A DNA stretch of 64,000 bases from Thermodesulfobacteriota bacterium (GTDB lineage: Bacteria > Desulfobacterota_D > UBA1144 > Nemesobacterales > CSP1-2): NCBI GenBank assembly GCA_049682815.1, contig JBAUII010000079.1, forward strand, positions 29,864 to 93,863, written 5' to 3'. The notes below the pieces were generated by a model. That model was not told where the DNA came from. It worked only from the letters and a program-made list of their open reading frames with translations, and did no database searches. This document shows positions 10,346 to 20,074 of the stretch, piece after piece; the first letter of the stretch is position 1, and each line of letters opens with the position of its first letter. The position numbers and the translations under genes are program-made.

Positions 10346-11005
10346 CTAAGATTCCAAAAATCTTTTTGCGGTCATTATCTCATTCTTCACAAGCTCGTGA
10401 TCTCTACCATGCCTAAATATTTCAACGTTGGCTCCGCATTGTTTCAAGAGTTTGGCTAACTCTAAAGATTCACCCGGCTTTACGATAGTGTCATACCTAC
10501 CACATGTAATCAACACCCTATTGTTTACTAAATCCAGCGGTGTTCGCGGAATGAATGGTAATCCCGGATGAAATAAAACAGCTCTTTTGATAATACCAGG
10601 ATGGGTGAGAATAACACCAGCAGCAATGCTCGCTCCGTTTGAATAACCAATAACTGAAAGCCTGTTCAAATCAAATTTATAGCGCTCAGAAGCTTTTATT
10701 ATAAAATCAGCTAATTCCTCTGTTCTTAGCTTTACGTCATCAAGATTGAAAACGCCATCGGGTGATCTCAAACAGAATCTATTCGACCCATTTTCAAAAA
10801 CATTTCCTCTTGGGCTGAGAATGGCGGCCCCAGGGGAAATTCTTCTGCCAATATTAATTAGGTAGTTTTCGTCTCCACCAGTTCCATGTAATAGTAAAAT
10901 CACTTCATTTATCTTTGTTGAAGAAGGTATGAAATGATGAATGAATCCTAATTCTTTTTTGTTAATTCTACGTGTTGGGGCGCTTATGCTCATAACAATG
11001 AACAA
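10346..11005 (-). CDS. Alpha/beta hydrolase, phospholipase/carboxylesterase family
   Basis: LLLHGTGGDE oxyanion region, nucleophile elbow GYSNGA, C-terminal GRDHE. An alternative ATG lies 12 nt downstream (10993). Confidence 0.7.
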   Translation of the reverse strand: MFIVMSISAPTRRINKKELGFIHHFIPSSTKINEVILLLHGTGGDENYLINIGRRISPGAAILSPRGNVFENGSNRFCLRSPDGVFNLDDVKLRTEELADFIIKASERYKFDLNRLSVIGYSNGASIAAGVILTHPGIIKRAVLFHPGLPFIPRTPLDLVNNRVLITCGRYDTIVKPGESLELAKLLKQCGANVEIFRHGRDHELVKNEIMTAKRFLES

Positions 11006-11007
11006 AC

Positions 11008-11664
11008 TTACTGAAGTAAATTAGTCCCTTCTCTATTTTCTGAATACGCCATATCCCAGAATTGGGACTCATAATTTGCAGTAATTAGAAATGCTTTCTC
11101 CACAGATCTTAACTGCCGTTCCGGGATACCTTTTAAAAGTCGATTAAGCGTCTTCTCAATCCAGCTAACGTATTTTTTAAATTCATCGCCAGTCCACCGG
11201 TCGATAAAAGCTTTATAGGGATTATTCTTCTTTGACAATCTTTTTACACTGCTCCATGAATCAAAATACGCCTTCTCCGCACACCAAAGCGCGGCAAAGG
11301 ATTCTTCAAAACCTTTTGTGAGTGCTGTACTGACCAGGAAGTCTACATATGATCTACAAACATTTGTCGGTACAAGGCGCGATGAAAGCCCGCTTTTATA
11401 TCTTTCAAACATTTTGAGCTCATTCTTTAAAGCCACGAATGAATCGGCTAGCACAAGAGATATCTCATAATCAGGCGACTTTACTTGAAGCGCTCCTAGA
11501 AACCTAATTGCCTCTCGAACAAAAATGTAATCCTGGGTTAACCAGAAGTCGAAGATTTCTCTCTTGATTGTTCCGTTTCCAACCTGTATCAAGAAGGGAT
11601 GTGAGATCATCTTTTTCCATTCTTTTTCTGCTTTCTTGAGAAGTTTTGTTGAATTTTTCATCAT
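11008..11664 (-). CDS. TenA/Thi-4 family (thiaminase II / haem-oxygenase-like fold) protein
   Basis: HPFLIQVGNGTIKREIFDFWLTQDYIFVREAIRFLG matches the TenA N-terminal signature. Size about 218 aa. Confidence 0.65.
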   Translation of the reverse strand: MMKNSTKLLKKAEKEWKKMISHPFLIQVGNGTIKREIFDFWLTQDYIFVREAIRFLGALQVKSPDYEISLVLADSFVALKNELKMFERYKSGLSSRLVPTNVCRSYVDFLVSTALTKGFEESFAALWCAEKAYFDSWSSVKRLSKKNNPYKAFIDRWTGDEFKKYVSWIEKTLNRLLKGIPERQLRSVEKAFLITANYESQFWDMAYSENREGTNLLQ

Positions 11665-11707
11665 GGCTTAAACGTATAAGACATAAAACGACTCAGAATC
11701 CAATATC

Positions 11708-12457
11708 TTAATCCTTCTTCTGTTTCTTTTTTACTGCCTCGACGATCGGGAATATGCACTTAGGAGCTCCGTAACCCTGGCTTCTGTATCGCGATGTATC
11801 AAAACTAAACCCGTGCTTTTGAGGGTCAATCATATTGAACCAAATCGAGTCGATCTGACAAAGAACAGGGGTGAGAAATGGGGCATTATGCGCCGTAAAA
11901 AAGCTATGATAAAAGCAACGTTGGATCTCAATTGAAAAACTACCCCCTTCCTTTCCGTGCTCGTGGGGGGCTCTCCATTTAAACGTTGTTCCATACTGTT
12001 TCATGAGCCATCTGAAAATGTTATAAAGACGGTCAGGGTTATTTCGGCTGCTGGTTAGCATTGATTTTAGTGAAAAACTCATGGACATCGTATCAACACC
12101 TTCCATCATGGCACGTTCGAGTAACTGTATCGTCGCTTTTTGAGCACCGACCTCTGGCAACAAAACCCTGTATGCCGTGACTATGTGTGAAGTCAATTCA
12201 AGATGACCCCTGGATGGCGCATCCTCTATGAGTTTCTCATCACATGACTGAATTCTGCGGGCCTCTTCTCTAATCTCTCTAATCATAGGCGAGGGATTTT
12301 TGTTGAGACGGGTCCTAATTTCCGATCTCAAGCCGTTTAAGAACAATTGACGTGCCCTGTGACCAAATACCCAGTGTCTAATGAAATTACCGCCAGTCAT
12401 TAAACCATTCATGATTAGCTGTTTAGTAGTGATCGTTAAAATACAATATGTAAACAA
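11708..12457 (-). CDS. Hypothetical protein (weak resemblance to L-2-amino-thiazoline-4-carboxylate hydrolase family)
   Basis: Long clean ORF. Only a C-terminal Cys-containing motif (GAPKCIFPI) suggests the family. The true start is possibly an internal Met. Confidence 0.3.
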   Translation of the reverse strand: MFTYCILTITTKQLIMNGLMTGGNFIRHWVFGHRARQLFLNGLRSEIRTRLNKNPSPMIREIREEARRIQSCDEKLIEDAPSRGHLELTSHIVTAYRVLLPEVGAQKATIQLLERAMMEGVDTMSMSFSLKSMLTSSRNNPDRLYNIFRWLMKQYGTTFKWRAPHEHGKEGGSFSIEIQRCFYHSFFTAHNAPFLTPVLCQIDSIWFNMIDPQKHGFSFDTSRYRSQGYGAPKCIFPIVEAVKKKQKKD

Positions 12458-12551
12458 TCATGATTTTCTCAATTATAATACCTCGTCATCACTTCCGCAA
12501 TTTGGAATAAGTAATTCTTCGGAGATTAGAAAAAAAGGATTTACGATTTTA

Positions 12552-13467
12552 TTGTCTAAAGATAATCATTACTGGTACGTGATTGTAGCTGCCGTTCTAT
12601 ACGGTACGATTACCGCAGGAGGACAATTTTTTATTAATCTGGGTCTATCGCTCTTTGAAATTTCTATTTACCGCGCACTCTTAACGAGTTTAATCCTTCT
12701 TCCTATCGTTCTGATAAAACGTGAATATCTGATAAAAAAAGAAATGCTCTTCTTCTTCGTTGTGTACGGATTAATTGGAGGGCTCTTAGAATTAGCGATG
12801 TTCGGGGGTATAGCATTAGGTGTGCATGTTGCTGTCGTCGCACTTCTTCTCTACACGCAACCCATATGGACCATTGCGTTCGGAAGGTTATTGCTTAGAG
12901 AAGGAATAACAACTAAGAAATTGATAGCAGTCGTGATAGCCATGTCCGGAATTATTCTGCTCGTTAAACCCTGGGGAATAAAAAATGTCAAATCTTTAAC
13001 TGGGATTGTTGTTTCCTTGGTCTCAGGTGTTCTATTGTCACTGTGGGTGATATGGGGAAGAAAAAGTGTGCTTCAAAAACAGCATTTTGTAACAACTACA
13101 ATTGGCTGGACCGGCGTCTCCGTAATTTGGCTTATGTTACTCTGGCCGATCTTTTATTATTTTTTTCCCATACGCCATTATAACAAGGATAAGTGTTAAT
13201 TTGCCAATAGTATTTCTGCTCTATCTCTTGATATATGCCTCGATTGGTGGGGTAATACCACATTTATTACTTTACAGAGGCTTCAAAAAGATAGAAGCCT
13301 CTGTCGCAGGGATACTTCTATTACTGGAGCCTATTAGTGCTTCTATACTCGCAGCTTTATTCTTTGATCAACCCATTGGCCTATATATTATCTGTGGGGG
13401 TGCGCTTATACTACTTTCCAATTATTTTGTAACAAGGTCGAGAAGTAACATAATACCAACCCTATAA
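12552..13467 (+). pseudogene. EamA/DMT-family 10-TM transporter split by an apparent frameshift near 13150-13200
   Basis: Track ORFs 12381..13199 and 13201..13467 lie in different frames. The first carries 7 predicted TM helices. The second carries 3 more and a typical EamA C-terminus. Reading the second frame backwards stays open to about 13141. A TTG at 12552 after AAGGA is a plausible start. Confidence 0.5.
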
Positions 13468-13519
13468 CCCCAGACCAATGGTCTTCGTCACACAAACTCA
13501 CAATTGATCACAACATTGA

Positions 13520-14155
13520 TTATTTCGGGTTAGCCATGATATATTGAGTACCGGACGATGATGCGGAGTGGCATTCTATGCATTCGGCAACTTTACCGGC
13601 TAGAATTATAGTCTCTCCATCCCTTTCCATTTTCACTGGCTTTCCATCCGGTGCAAATTTTACCCAGAACCAGTTTTCGTGTTCAGGGTCAAACGGCACC
13701 AGGTTATACATAACAGTAATGGCTTCAAGCGTTTTATCCTCCATGTAATTTTCCATCGCAATAATTGTTCCAGGCGGTAGCTGTTTTTCCCTTTTGACAA
13801 CCGCTTCATAACCGATTGCATTTATATATGTGGTGAGTAGAGCACCGTGTGGGTCTGACCCTTTGTATAGAGTTTCCTTCCCTGGCCACATATTCCAGCG
13901 ATCTCTGTAATTCTCCGTCTTCATAAGTTTCCAGAGATCAGCGGCGATCTCTTTGGGAGCCTTTGATTGTTCTTCCTTTTCATGCTCTTCGTGCATCTTC
14001 TCGACCTTCTGTTCAATCTCAGGAACCACACCGTCTGATTTCTCTTCGTTAATTTCGGTATCTTCACCGCTCTCATTTGAACTTTTCTGATCCTTACAGC
14101 CGGCATAGAAAAAACCGATTGTCAAAACAACAAGAATTAACATGAGCTTGTACAT
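13520..14155 (-). CDS. Cytochrome P460-family haem c lipoprotein
   Basis: Lipobox (LTIGFFYAGC) after Met at 14155. DPHGALLTTYINAIGYEAV...PPGTIIAMEN core and a single C-terminal CIECH haem-c motif, as in the P460 family. Confidence 0.6.
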   Translation of the reverse strand: MYKLMLILVVLTIGFFYAGCKDQKSSNESGEDTEINEEKSDGVVPEIEQKVEKMHEEHEKEEQSKAPKEIAADLWKLMKTENYRDRWNMWPGKETLYKGSDPHGALLTTYINAIGYEAVVKREKQLPPGTIIAMENYMEDKTLEAITVMYNLVPFDPEHENWFWVKFAPDGKPVKMERDGETIILAGKVAECIECHSASSSGTQYIMANPK

Positions 14156-14651
14156 TAGTACGCCCCCTTTTGAAAAATTATTGATGAGCTTCATCTTACA
14201 ACATATTGCCTGCTTATTGAAGATAGATACTAAGTTTTTTCAGAGTAGTTGCGGTAAGCGAACTGATAACACCAGATCCCAACCACGATTTTTTCTGCAA
14301 AACGGATGTTATGTCTAATTATGACTCAATAGACCGCTTAATTATCTGTATGAAGTCCGTCTTTAAACCAAACAAGGGATAGACGGGACATTCTTGTCCC
14401 GCATTCTAATCCAATGAATTTTCCTAAAAACAGGGTTCGAAAACCCCGGCTATCCAGCGCTGGGGGAATTCTAAGTTGTTTCATAGTAATAATATCTTTT
14501 ATTAAACTGAAGACTTGATGTAATCTGCTTAATTTATGACAAAAGTGTCACCGGTAATTTATTCGGATTCATTAAAAATTGTCCTTGACTTCCACTAGAC
14601 CGTGATTAATTTCTACCCATAATAAAAAAACCAATTTAGGAGGTAGTTAGC

Positions 14652-15110
14652 ATGAGATTAGGATTATCCGTTTGGGAACCCTATAAGGGTCTAAATTTAT
14701 TTAGTGAGACTTTTCAGAAAATATTTGACGATACAGCCAAGACTCTTTCGGGATTTGGAATTGAAGATCTCGGCACTGGTAGCTGGGCACCAAGGGTAGA
14801 TATATATGAGACTAAAGATAGTTATATCGTAAGTGCCGACCTTCCAGGTATAAAGAAAGAGGACATTGGAATCGATCTCAAAGATAACATACTGACAGTA
14901 AGGGGTGAAAAGAAATTTGAAGAGAAGTCTGATAAAGACAATTATGTGAGAGTAGAGCGAAAATATGGAAAGTTTGTAAGACGCTTTGGCCTCTCGGATA
15001 ATGTTGAGGCGGGTAAGATCAAGGCCAGTTATAAAGATGGTGTACTGGAGATCAAGATTCCGAAGAGAGAAGAAGCGACAACAAAGCCAGTTAGAGTTGA
15101 AGTTAACTAA
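14652..15110 (+). CDS. Small heat-shock protein, Hsp20/alpha-crystallin family
   Basis: PRVDIYETKDSYIVSADLPGIKKEDIGIDLKDNILTVRGE...VLEIKIPK. Strong RBS AGGAGG at 14639. Confidence 0.9.
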   Translation: MRLGLSVWEPYKGLNLFSETFQKIFDDTAKTLSGFGIEDLGTGSWAPRVDIYETKDSYIVSADLPGIKKEDIGIDLKDNILTVRGEKKFEEKSDKDNYVRVERKYGKFVRRFGLSDNVEAGKIKASYKDGVLEIKIPKREEATTKPVRVEVN

Positions 15111-15135
15111 CGCATAATTTAACTCTAAACTACAA

Positions 15136-15163
15136 GCTGCCCCGTCTTAATAGACGGGGTAGC
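15136..15163 (+). terminator. Stem-loop downstream of hsp20
   Basis: GCTGCCCCGTCT-TAAT-AGACGGGGTAGC forms a 12-bp stem. No clear U-tract follows. Confidence 0.45.
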
Positions 15164-15316
15164 ATAAGCCATATTATTTACCGGTTTGGATTTCGGCTAG
15201 TATCTACTATTGAAATAAAAATCGAGCTTGCTTCTTGTTAAAACGCCTTTTCGGATTTATAATTATTATTTTAATTCCATCAATGTTAAGGGATCAGGGA
15301 ACGGGGCGAGGAAGAT

Positions 15317-16324
15317 ATGAAGCTAAAAATTCTCTTCTTTTTATTGTCCATTGTAACGGGATTTTGGGTTAGTTATCCAGCCTATAGCTTTACGACTTCT
15401 TTAATGATCACCGCGGTTATAGGTGCCATTACACTTGCTGTAATGATCGGGATAGAGCTAGTTATTAAAAATTTCCCAACAAATTCAACTTTAGGATTAG
15501 CAATCGGTATCGTAACTGCCTCGCTTACCTTCTTTGCGATCATAGAGATCATCCAGGCATTGAACATTTCAACGGATATATCAAAGTACATATCTGTGTT
15601 CATTTTTATATTACTTTTTTACCTAGGCATATCTCAGGGGATAAAAAAAGGCTATGAAGCTGATCGACAGGGAAGAAGGGTTACTGCGAAGAGCGGACCA
15701 TCGAGCACAAAGATTCTAGACACTAGTGCTATCATCGACGGAAGAATCGCAGATGTGGCTGAAGCCGGGTTTATCGATGGGGTTCTGATAGTGCCAAAAT
15801 TCATAATAAAAGAACTCCAGTACATAGCTGATTCCACTGATCCTATCAAACGCGTCAGAGGCAGGCGAGGGCTCGATGTTCTTAAAAGGATGCAGCAAGA
15901 GATTCCAAACGTTGTCATAAAGATAACAAGCCACGATTTTCCGAAAATTAATGAAGCTGATTTAAAACTCGTTGAACTCGCTAAGAGGTTAAAAGGGGTA
16001 ATAGTCACTAATGATTATAATCTCAATAAGGTTGCTGGACTTCATGGGGTAAAGGTGCTTAACCTCAATCAGTTATCCAGTGCCCTCAAGCCAGTGGTAC
16101 TACCTGGAGAGGCTCTGAGGATAAGTGTTGTCAAGGAAGGAAAGGAGGAAAATCAAGGTATAGGTTATCTTGAAGATGGAACTATGGTTGTCGTTGACGA
16201 TGGTAAGAGATACGTAGGTAAAGATATAGAGGTTTCTGTTACCAGCGTTCTTCAGACCCCTACAGGACGTATGATATTCTCGAAGGTTATTGAACGAGGT
16301 ATGGTCTCTGGATTAAAAGCCTGA
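15317..16324 (+). CDS. Membrane-anchored PIN + TRAM domain protein (YacL-like)
   Basis: Four N-terminal TM helices. PIN domain (KILDTSAIIDGRI...VTNDYNLNKVA). C-terminal TRAM-like beta domain (GKDIEVSVTSVLQTPTGRMIF). Confidence 0.75.
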   Translation: MKLKILFFLLSIVTGFWVSYPAYSFTTSLMITAVIGAITLAVMIGIELVIKNFPTNSTLGLAIGIVTASLTFFAIIEIIQALNISTDISKYISVFIFILLFYLGISQGIKKGYEADRQGRRVTAKSGPSSTKILDTSAIIDGRIADVAEAGFIDGVLIVPKFIIKELQYIADSTDPIKRVRGRRGLDVLKRMQQEIPNVVIKITSHDFPKINEADLKLVELAKRLKGVIVTNDYNLNKVAGLHGVKVLNLNQLSSALKPVVLPGEALRISVVKEGKEENQGIGYLEDGTMVVVDDGKRYVGKDIEVSVTSVLQTPTGRMIFSKVIERGMVSGLKA

Positions 16325-16587
16325 ACTAGCTCTAATCATTTCACTTTCCTAATTTTCCGAATTGATCGCCAGCATCTAGACAAATTGCCGATCACCCTGG
16401 ATCGAGCGATTTGTTCGTCGCAAAAACCGGTCATATTTAATCAAGAAATTAAGAACGTTCGATTGTTGAGTAGAGTAGGGGAGGGAAGAAGTCAGTTCGA
16501 CAGACGATGACTGATCATATGAAATTAATTGAAAAAGTTCCCGACTTTAGCAGTATACTTTACATACGTTAACTAGCGAGGTATTCA

Positions 16588-17064
16588 ATGTTTCGTGTAG
16601 GTATTGGCTACGACGTGCACAGGTTTTCCGAGGGAAGGAGACTTATTCTCGGAGGAGTCGAGCTACCCTTTGAGCTGGGACTTCAAGGATACTCCGACGC
16701 TGATGTTCTTACTCATTCGATCTGTGATGCTATACTTGGTGCACTTGGAGAGCCCGATATAGGAAGTAAATTTCCTGATACTGACCCAAGATACAGGAAT
16801 ATTTCTAGTTTAATTCTGTTAAGGGAAACCGTCGTATTATCCAAATCCAAGGGTTTCAATATTGAAAATGTAGATAGTGTAGTTGTTTGTGAGAAGCCTA
16901 AGATTGGTAATTACGTTGCACAAATCAGAGGAAAACTATCGACGATTCTCGAGATATCAGAAGATTGCATCGGAGTCAAGGCAACGACTACAGATGGCAT
17001 CGGTTTTACGGGACGGGTTGAAGGCATTGCTGCTCATACGGTTGTTCTGATTAAGAAAATTTGA
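16588..17064 (+). CDS. ispF: 2-C-methyl-D-erythritol 2,4-cyclodiphosphate synthase
   Basis: GIGYDVHRF...GYSDADVLTHSICDAILGA...DIGSKFPDTDP. Confidence 0.9.
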   Translation: MFRVGIGYDVHRFSEGRRLILGGVELPFELGLQGYSDADVLTHSICDAILGALGEPDIGSKFPDTDPRYRNISSLILLRETVVLSKSKGFNIENVDSVVVCEKPKIGNYVAQIRGKLSTILEISEDCIGVKATTTDGIGFTGRVEGIAAHTVVLIKKI

Positions 17065-17071
17065 TGTTTAA

Positions 17072-19444
17072 ATGAACTCGATTTTCTTAAAGTATCCTAT
17101 GCTTCCACCACTGATCGGGTATATAGCAGGGATACTTATAGCTGAACATTTGGGCTACGAGTGGATTTTTATCCTTCTTATCTCGCCGATACTCGGGTTG
17201 CTGTCATTATTGTGGGAGGATCTTAGATTTCTCTTGTTTATACCCCTCGGAGTTCTATTTTCAATAAGTCTCACCCTGCCCGAAAATCACATTGCAAACT
17301 TTGTCGGAAATGAAATTGACCTTTGGGGAACTTTATATAGATCCCCAGAGAGTAGAATTGAGGGTTCAAGGTTGTTTGTTGACGTTGAGGAGATTGTAGT
17401 AAAGGGTAAGAAAGAGTCGGCAACAGGAAAGGTGATCATTAATACTAAACAGAGAATTAGGGGTTTATCTCGAGGGGATAATGTAAGGGTTATAGATACT
17501 ATTTTAAAGCCGTATAGAACATTTAAGAATCCCGGGAATTTTGATATCAAGCGTTATTATGAAAGACAGAAGATATATGCCTATGGATTCGTTTCTGGAA
17601 TGGATTCGATAATTTTATTCGAGCCAAAATTAACGCCCTTTTACTTTCTTAGGGTAATAGATATGGCCAGAACCAGGTTTGGGTATTTTGTAAAGCACAG
17701 GTTTCCTCAATCTGAGGGGGAGATACTGAACGCAATTACAGTTGGCGATAAGGGGGGGATGCCAAACCGGCTGAAAGACACTTTCTCAGAAGCTGGTATA
17801 GCACATCTTCTCGCTATATCCGGACTCCATGTAGGGGGTATAGCGCTTGCTTTCTATTTAGCGATAAAATGGCTTCTGAAGAGGTCGGAGTATTTCTTAA
17901 TTAGGCTGCAGGTCCCTAGGGTTACTGCTGGACTAGCCATAATACCTCTATTCATCTACATGGCAGTAGCGGGATTTGCCACTCCCGTAGTAAGAGCATT
18001 TTTAATGATCGCGGTTTATCTTATGTCAGTGGTGCTTGGTAAAGAGGAAAATAAATTAAATACGCTGGGTGCTTCTGCATTTATAATTCTGCTGTGGCAA
18101 CCATGGGCGCTTTTTCAACTCTCATTTCAACTCTCTTTTGCCGCTGTTTTGGGAATTATATTTGTCAATAAGTTTTATCCTTCAAAATTTGGCAGCTTCT
18201 CCGAAAAGATAATCTCAAGTGCTAAGATCACGATGGGGGCCTCTTTTGCAACTATACCATTAATCGTGAATTCCTTTGGTATTTTATCGTTGATATCACT
18301 GCCCGCTAATCTAATATTTGTACCCTTAGTTGAGTTCTTAATAGTTCCCCTGGGGTTGATCTCGTTTTTGTTGTTCTCTGTAAATGAGTACTTAGCCGTA
18401 CCGTTTCTCAGTCTCAATGTTTATTTGATTAGAATTCTTATCTTTGGAATAGAAAAGCTCGTTGAGATACCTTTTTCTTCTCTAACGGTGACATCATTAG
18501 GAATTACGGGTTGGCTTCTTTATATATTGATAATTTTGGTTATTTGTTTTAAGAAGGTTTTCCCAAATCTCAAATATATTTTGCCACTTTTTATTCTGGG
18601 GTTGATTATGGCGATGACTATTAGCACCGTGAGCGGTTCTAGTAGTGGGTATCTAGAATTAGATTTTTTAGACATTTCAAATAGGAATGTAGCCTTCGTC
18701 AGGCTTCCTCAAAAGAAGACAATTCTCTTTGATGGTGGTTATTCGCTGTTTGATAGGGGCGGATATATGGAAAGAAGCGTAATTTCCCCATTTCTTCTAA
18801 ATGCCGATATTAAGACGATCGATTATCTAATTTTAACTACGTTGGACAAGGATCATTTAGAGGGTGTCAAATACCTGTTACAGAAGTTTGAGGTTAAAAG
18901 ACTTTGGACAAATGGAGCGAAGTTGGACGGCGAGCTCTGGTATTTAGTCAGAAGAAAAAATATAGACTGGAAGAATATAATGGACGAAGTAGAAAATTTT
19001 GAAGTAGAGGGCGTCAGGATCGAGTTTTATAAACCCAGGGGTTATTACGAAATAACGGATTCTTCCAGATCCTATCCGCTCATACTGAACTTGACGTTTG
19101 GAAAAATAGACTTCCTGTTGGGAGAGTCCTTAGGAGACCCGTCTGTGCAAAGGGAGTTAATGGATATTTATCATAATCGGATCCAACCTAAAGTGGTTTA
19201 TGTTCCTGCATTAAAGAGAAATTCCGAGGTAACTAATAATTTTTTGAATACTTTTTCGCCCGATATTTTAATAGTCAACGATACATTGGGTAGTATTGGA
19301 AAGTTTTATGAAAGTGGTGATTCAAATTTAAGTAATCATAAGAAATCGAAATTGATTGAAACCAGAAAGGAGGGGACGGTTGCCATAAGTACCAATGGCA
19401 TAGATCTCCGAGTTAGGACGTTCACTAATGCCGATTTGTTGTAA
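17072..19444 (+). CDS. comEC: DNA internalisation competence protein ComEC/Rec2 (with C-terminal MBL domain)
   Basis: DUF4131-like N-terminus. Competence domain (GIAHLLAISGLHVG). Polytopic membrane core. C-terminal metallo-beta-lactamase-like region (LDKDHLEG). Confidence 0.85.
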   Translation: MNSIFLKYPMLPPLIGYIAGILIAEHLGYEWIFILLISPILGLLSLLWEDLRFLLFIPLGVLFSISLTLPENHIANFVGNEIDLWGTLYRSPESRIEGSRLFVDVEEIVVKGKKESATGKVIINTKQRIRGLSRGDNVRVIDTILKPYRTFKNPGNFDIKRYYERQKIYAYGFVSGMDSIILFEPKLTPFYFLRVIDMARTRFGYFVKHRFPQSEGEILNAITVGDKGGMPNRLKDTFSEAGIAHLLAISGLHVGGIALAFYLAIKWLLKRSEYFLIRLQVPRVTAGLAIIPLFIYMAVAGFATPVVRAFLMIAVYLMSVVLGKEENKLNTLGASAFIILLWQPWALFQLSFQLSFAAVLGIIFVNKFYPSKFGSFSEKIISSAKITMGASFATIPLIVNSFGILSLISLPANLIFVPLVEFLIVPLGLISFLLFSVNEYLAVPFLSLNVYLIRILIFGIEKLVEIPFSSLTVTSLGITGWLLYILIILVICFKKVFPNLKYILPLFILGLIMAMTISTVSGSSSGYLELDFLDISNRNVAFVRLPQKKTILFDGGYSLFDRGGYMERSVISPFLLNADIKTIDYLILTTLDKDHLEGVKYLLQKFEVKRLWTNGAKLDGELWYLVRRKNIDWKNIMDEVENFEVEGVRIEFYKPRGYYEITDSSRSYPLILNLTFGKIDFLLGESLGDPSVQRELMDIYHNRIQPKVVYVPALKRNSEVTNNFLNTFSPDILIVNDTLGSIGKFYESGDSNLSNHKKSKLIETRKEGTVAISTNGIDLRVRTFTNADLL

Positions 19445-19573
19445 ATAGTCCGTAGGCCATATATCCTGTCATGTTTCTAAACTTACTGTGATGGAGTAAA
19501 GGCTACGACGCTGATTTCGGTCAAATTAGTAAGATGTAGTATCCGATTAAACAAATAGATTGCGCCAAGAGTA

Positions 19574-20038
19574 ATGAAAAAGATTGTTTTTAGTTTAATA
19601 GTCTTGGTAGTCCTGATTCTCTTTTTTTTCTTGCCGTCTGGGGACGATACAACAGAGATAGAATCTACGATTGATGAAATTATGATGGCAGGCAGGAAAA
19701 AGGACCTAAATGGCGTGATGGACCACTTTTCCATTCACTATAGAGATGAAAACGGAGCAACCTATCCTGTTGTAAAAAGCATCATTACGAGTTTCTTCTC
19801 TAATTATGAAGGGTTTGACTGTGATTATAGCGACTTAAAGGTTTCGATTAATGATTCGGATGAAGAACAAGCGGCAGTGGCAAGCCTTGATTTTTATGTT
19901 ATCGGAGTCAAGACTGGCAGGCGATTTCCTATAATAGGGAGTGAGTTATCACCTGAGAATATTATTGTTACCCTTGAGAAGACTACCTTAGGTGTCTGGG
20001 AGATAAAGGAGATTGAGGGCGTTAGGATCGATGAATAG
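19574..20038 (+). CDS. Hypothetical exported protein
   Basis: N-terminal signal/anchor (MKKIVFSLIVLVVLILFFF). No motif recognised. Confidence 0.4.
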   Translation: MKKIVFSLIVLVVLILFFFLPSGDDTTEIESTIDEIMMAGRKKDLNGVMDHFSIHYRDENGATYPVVKSIITSFFSNYEGFDCDYSDLKVSINDSDEEQAAVASLDFYVIGVKTGRRFPIIGSELSPENIIVTLEKTTLGVWEIKEIEGVRIDE

Positions 20039-20074
20039 GCTGCTTTGGTAAAATGATTCGAGGTTCTTGCTGTT

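Noticed and set aside
14585-14632. Sigma-32-type heat-shock promoter upstream of hsp20 (CTTGACTT ... CCCATAAT), and CTTGAAA upstream of htpX (about 8539)
   Set aside because: The spacing between the -35-like and -10-like boxes is about 25 nt for hsp20. No CCCCAT-like -10 follows the htpX box. No CIRCE or ROSE element was seen either.
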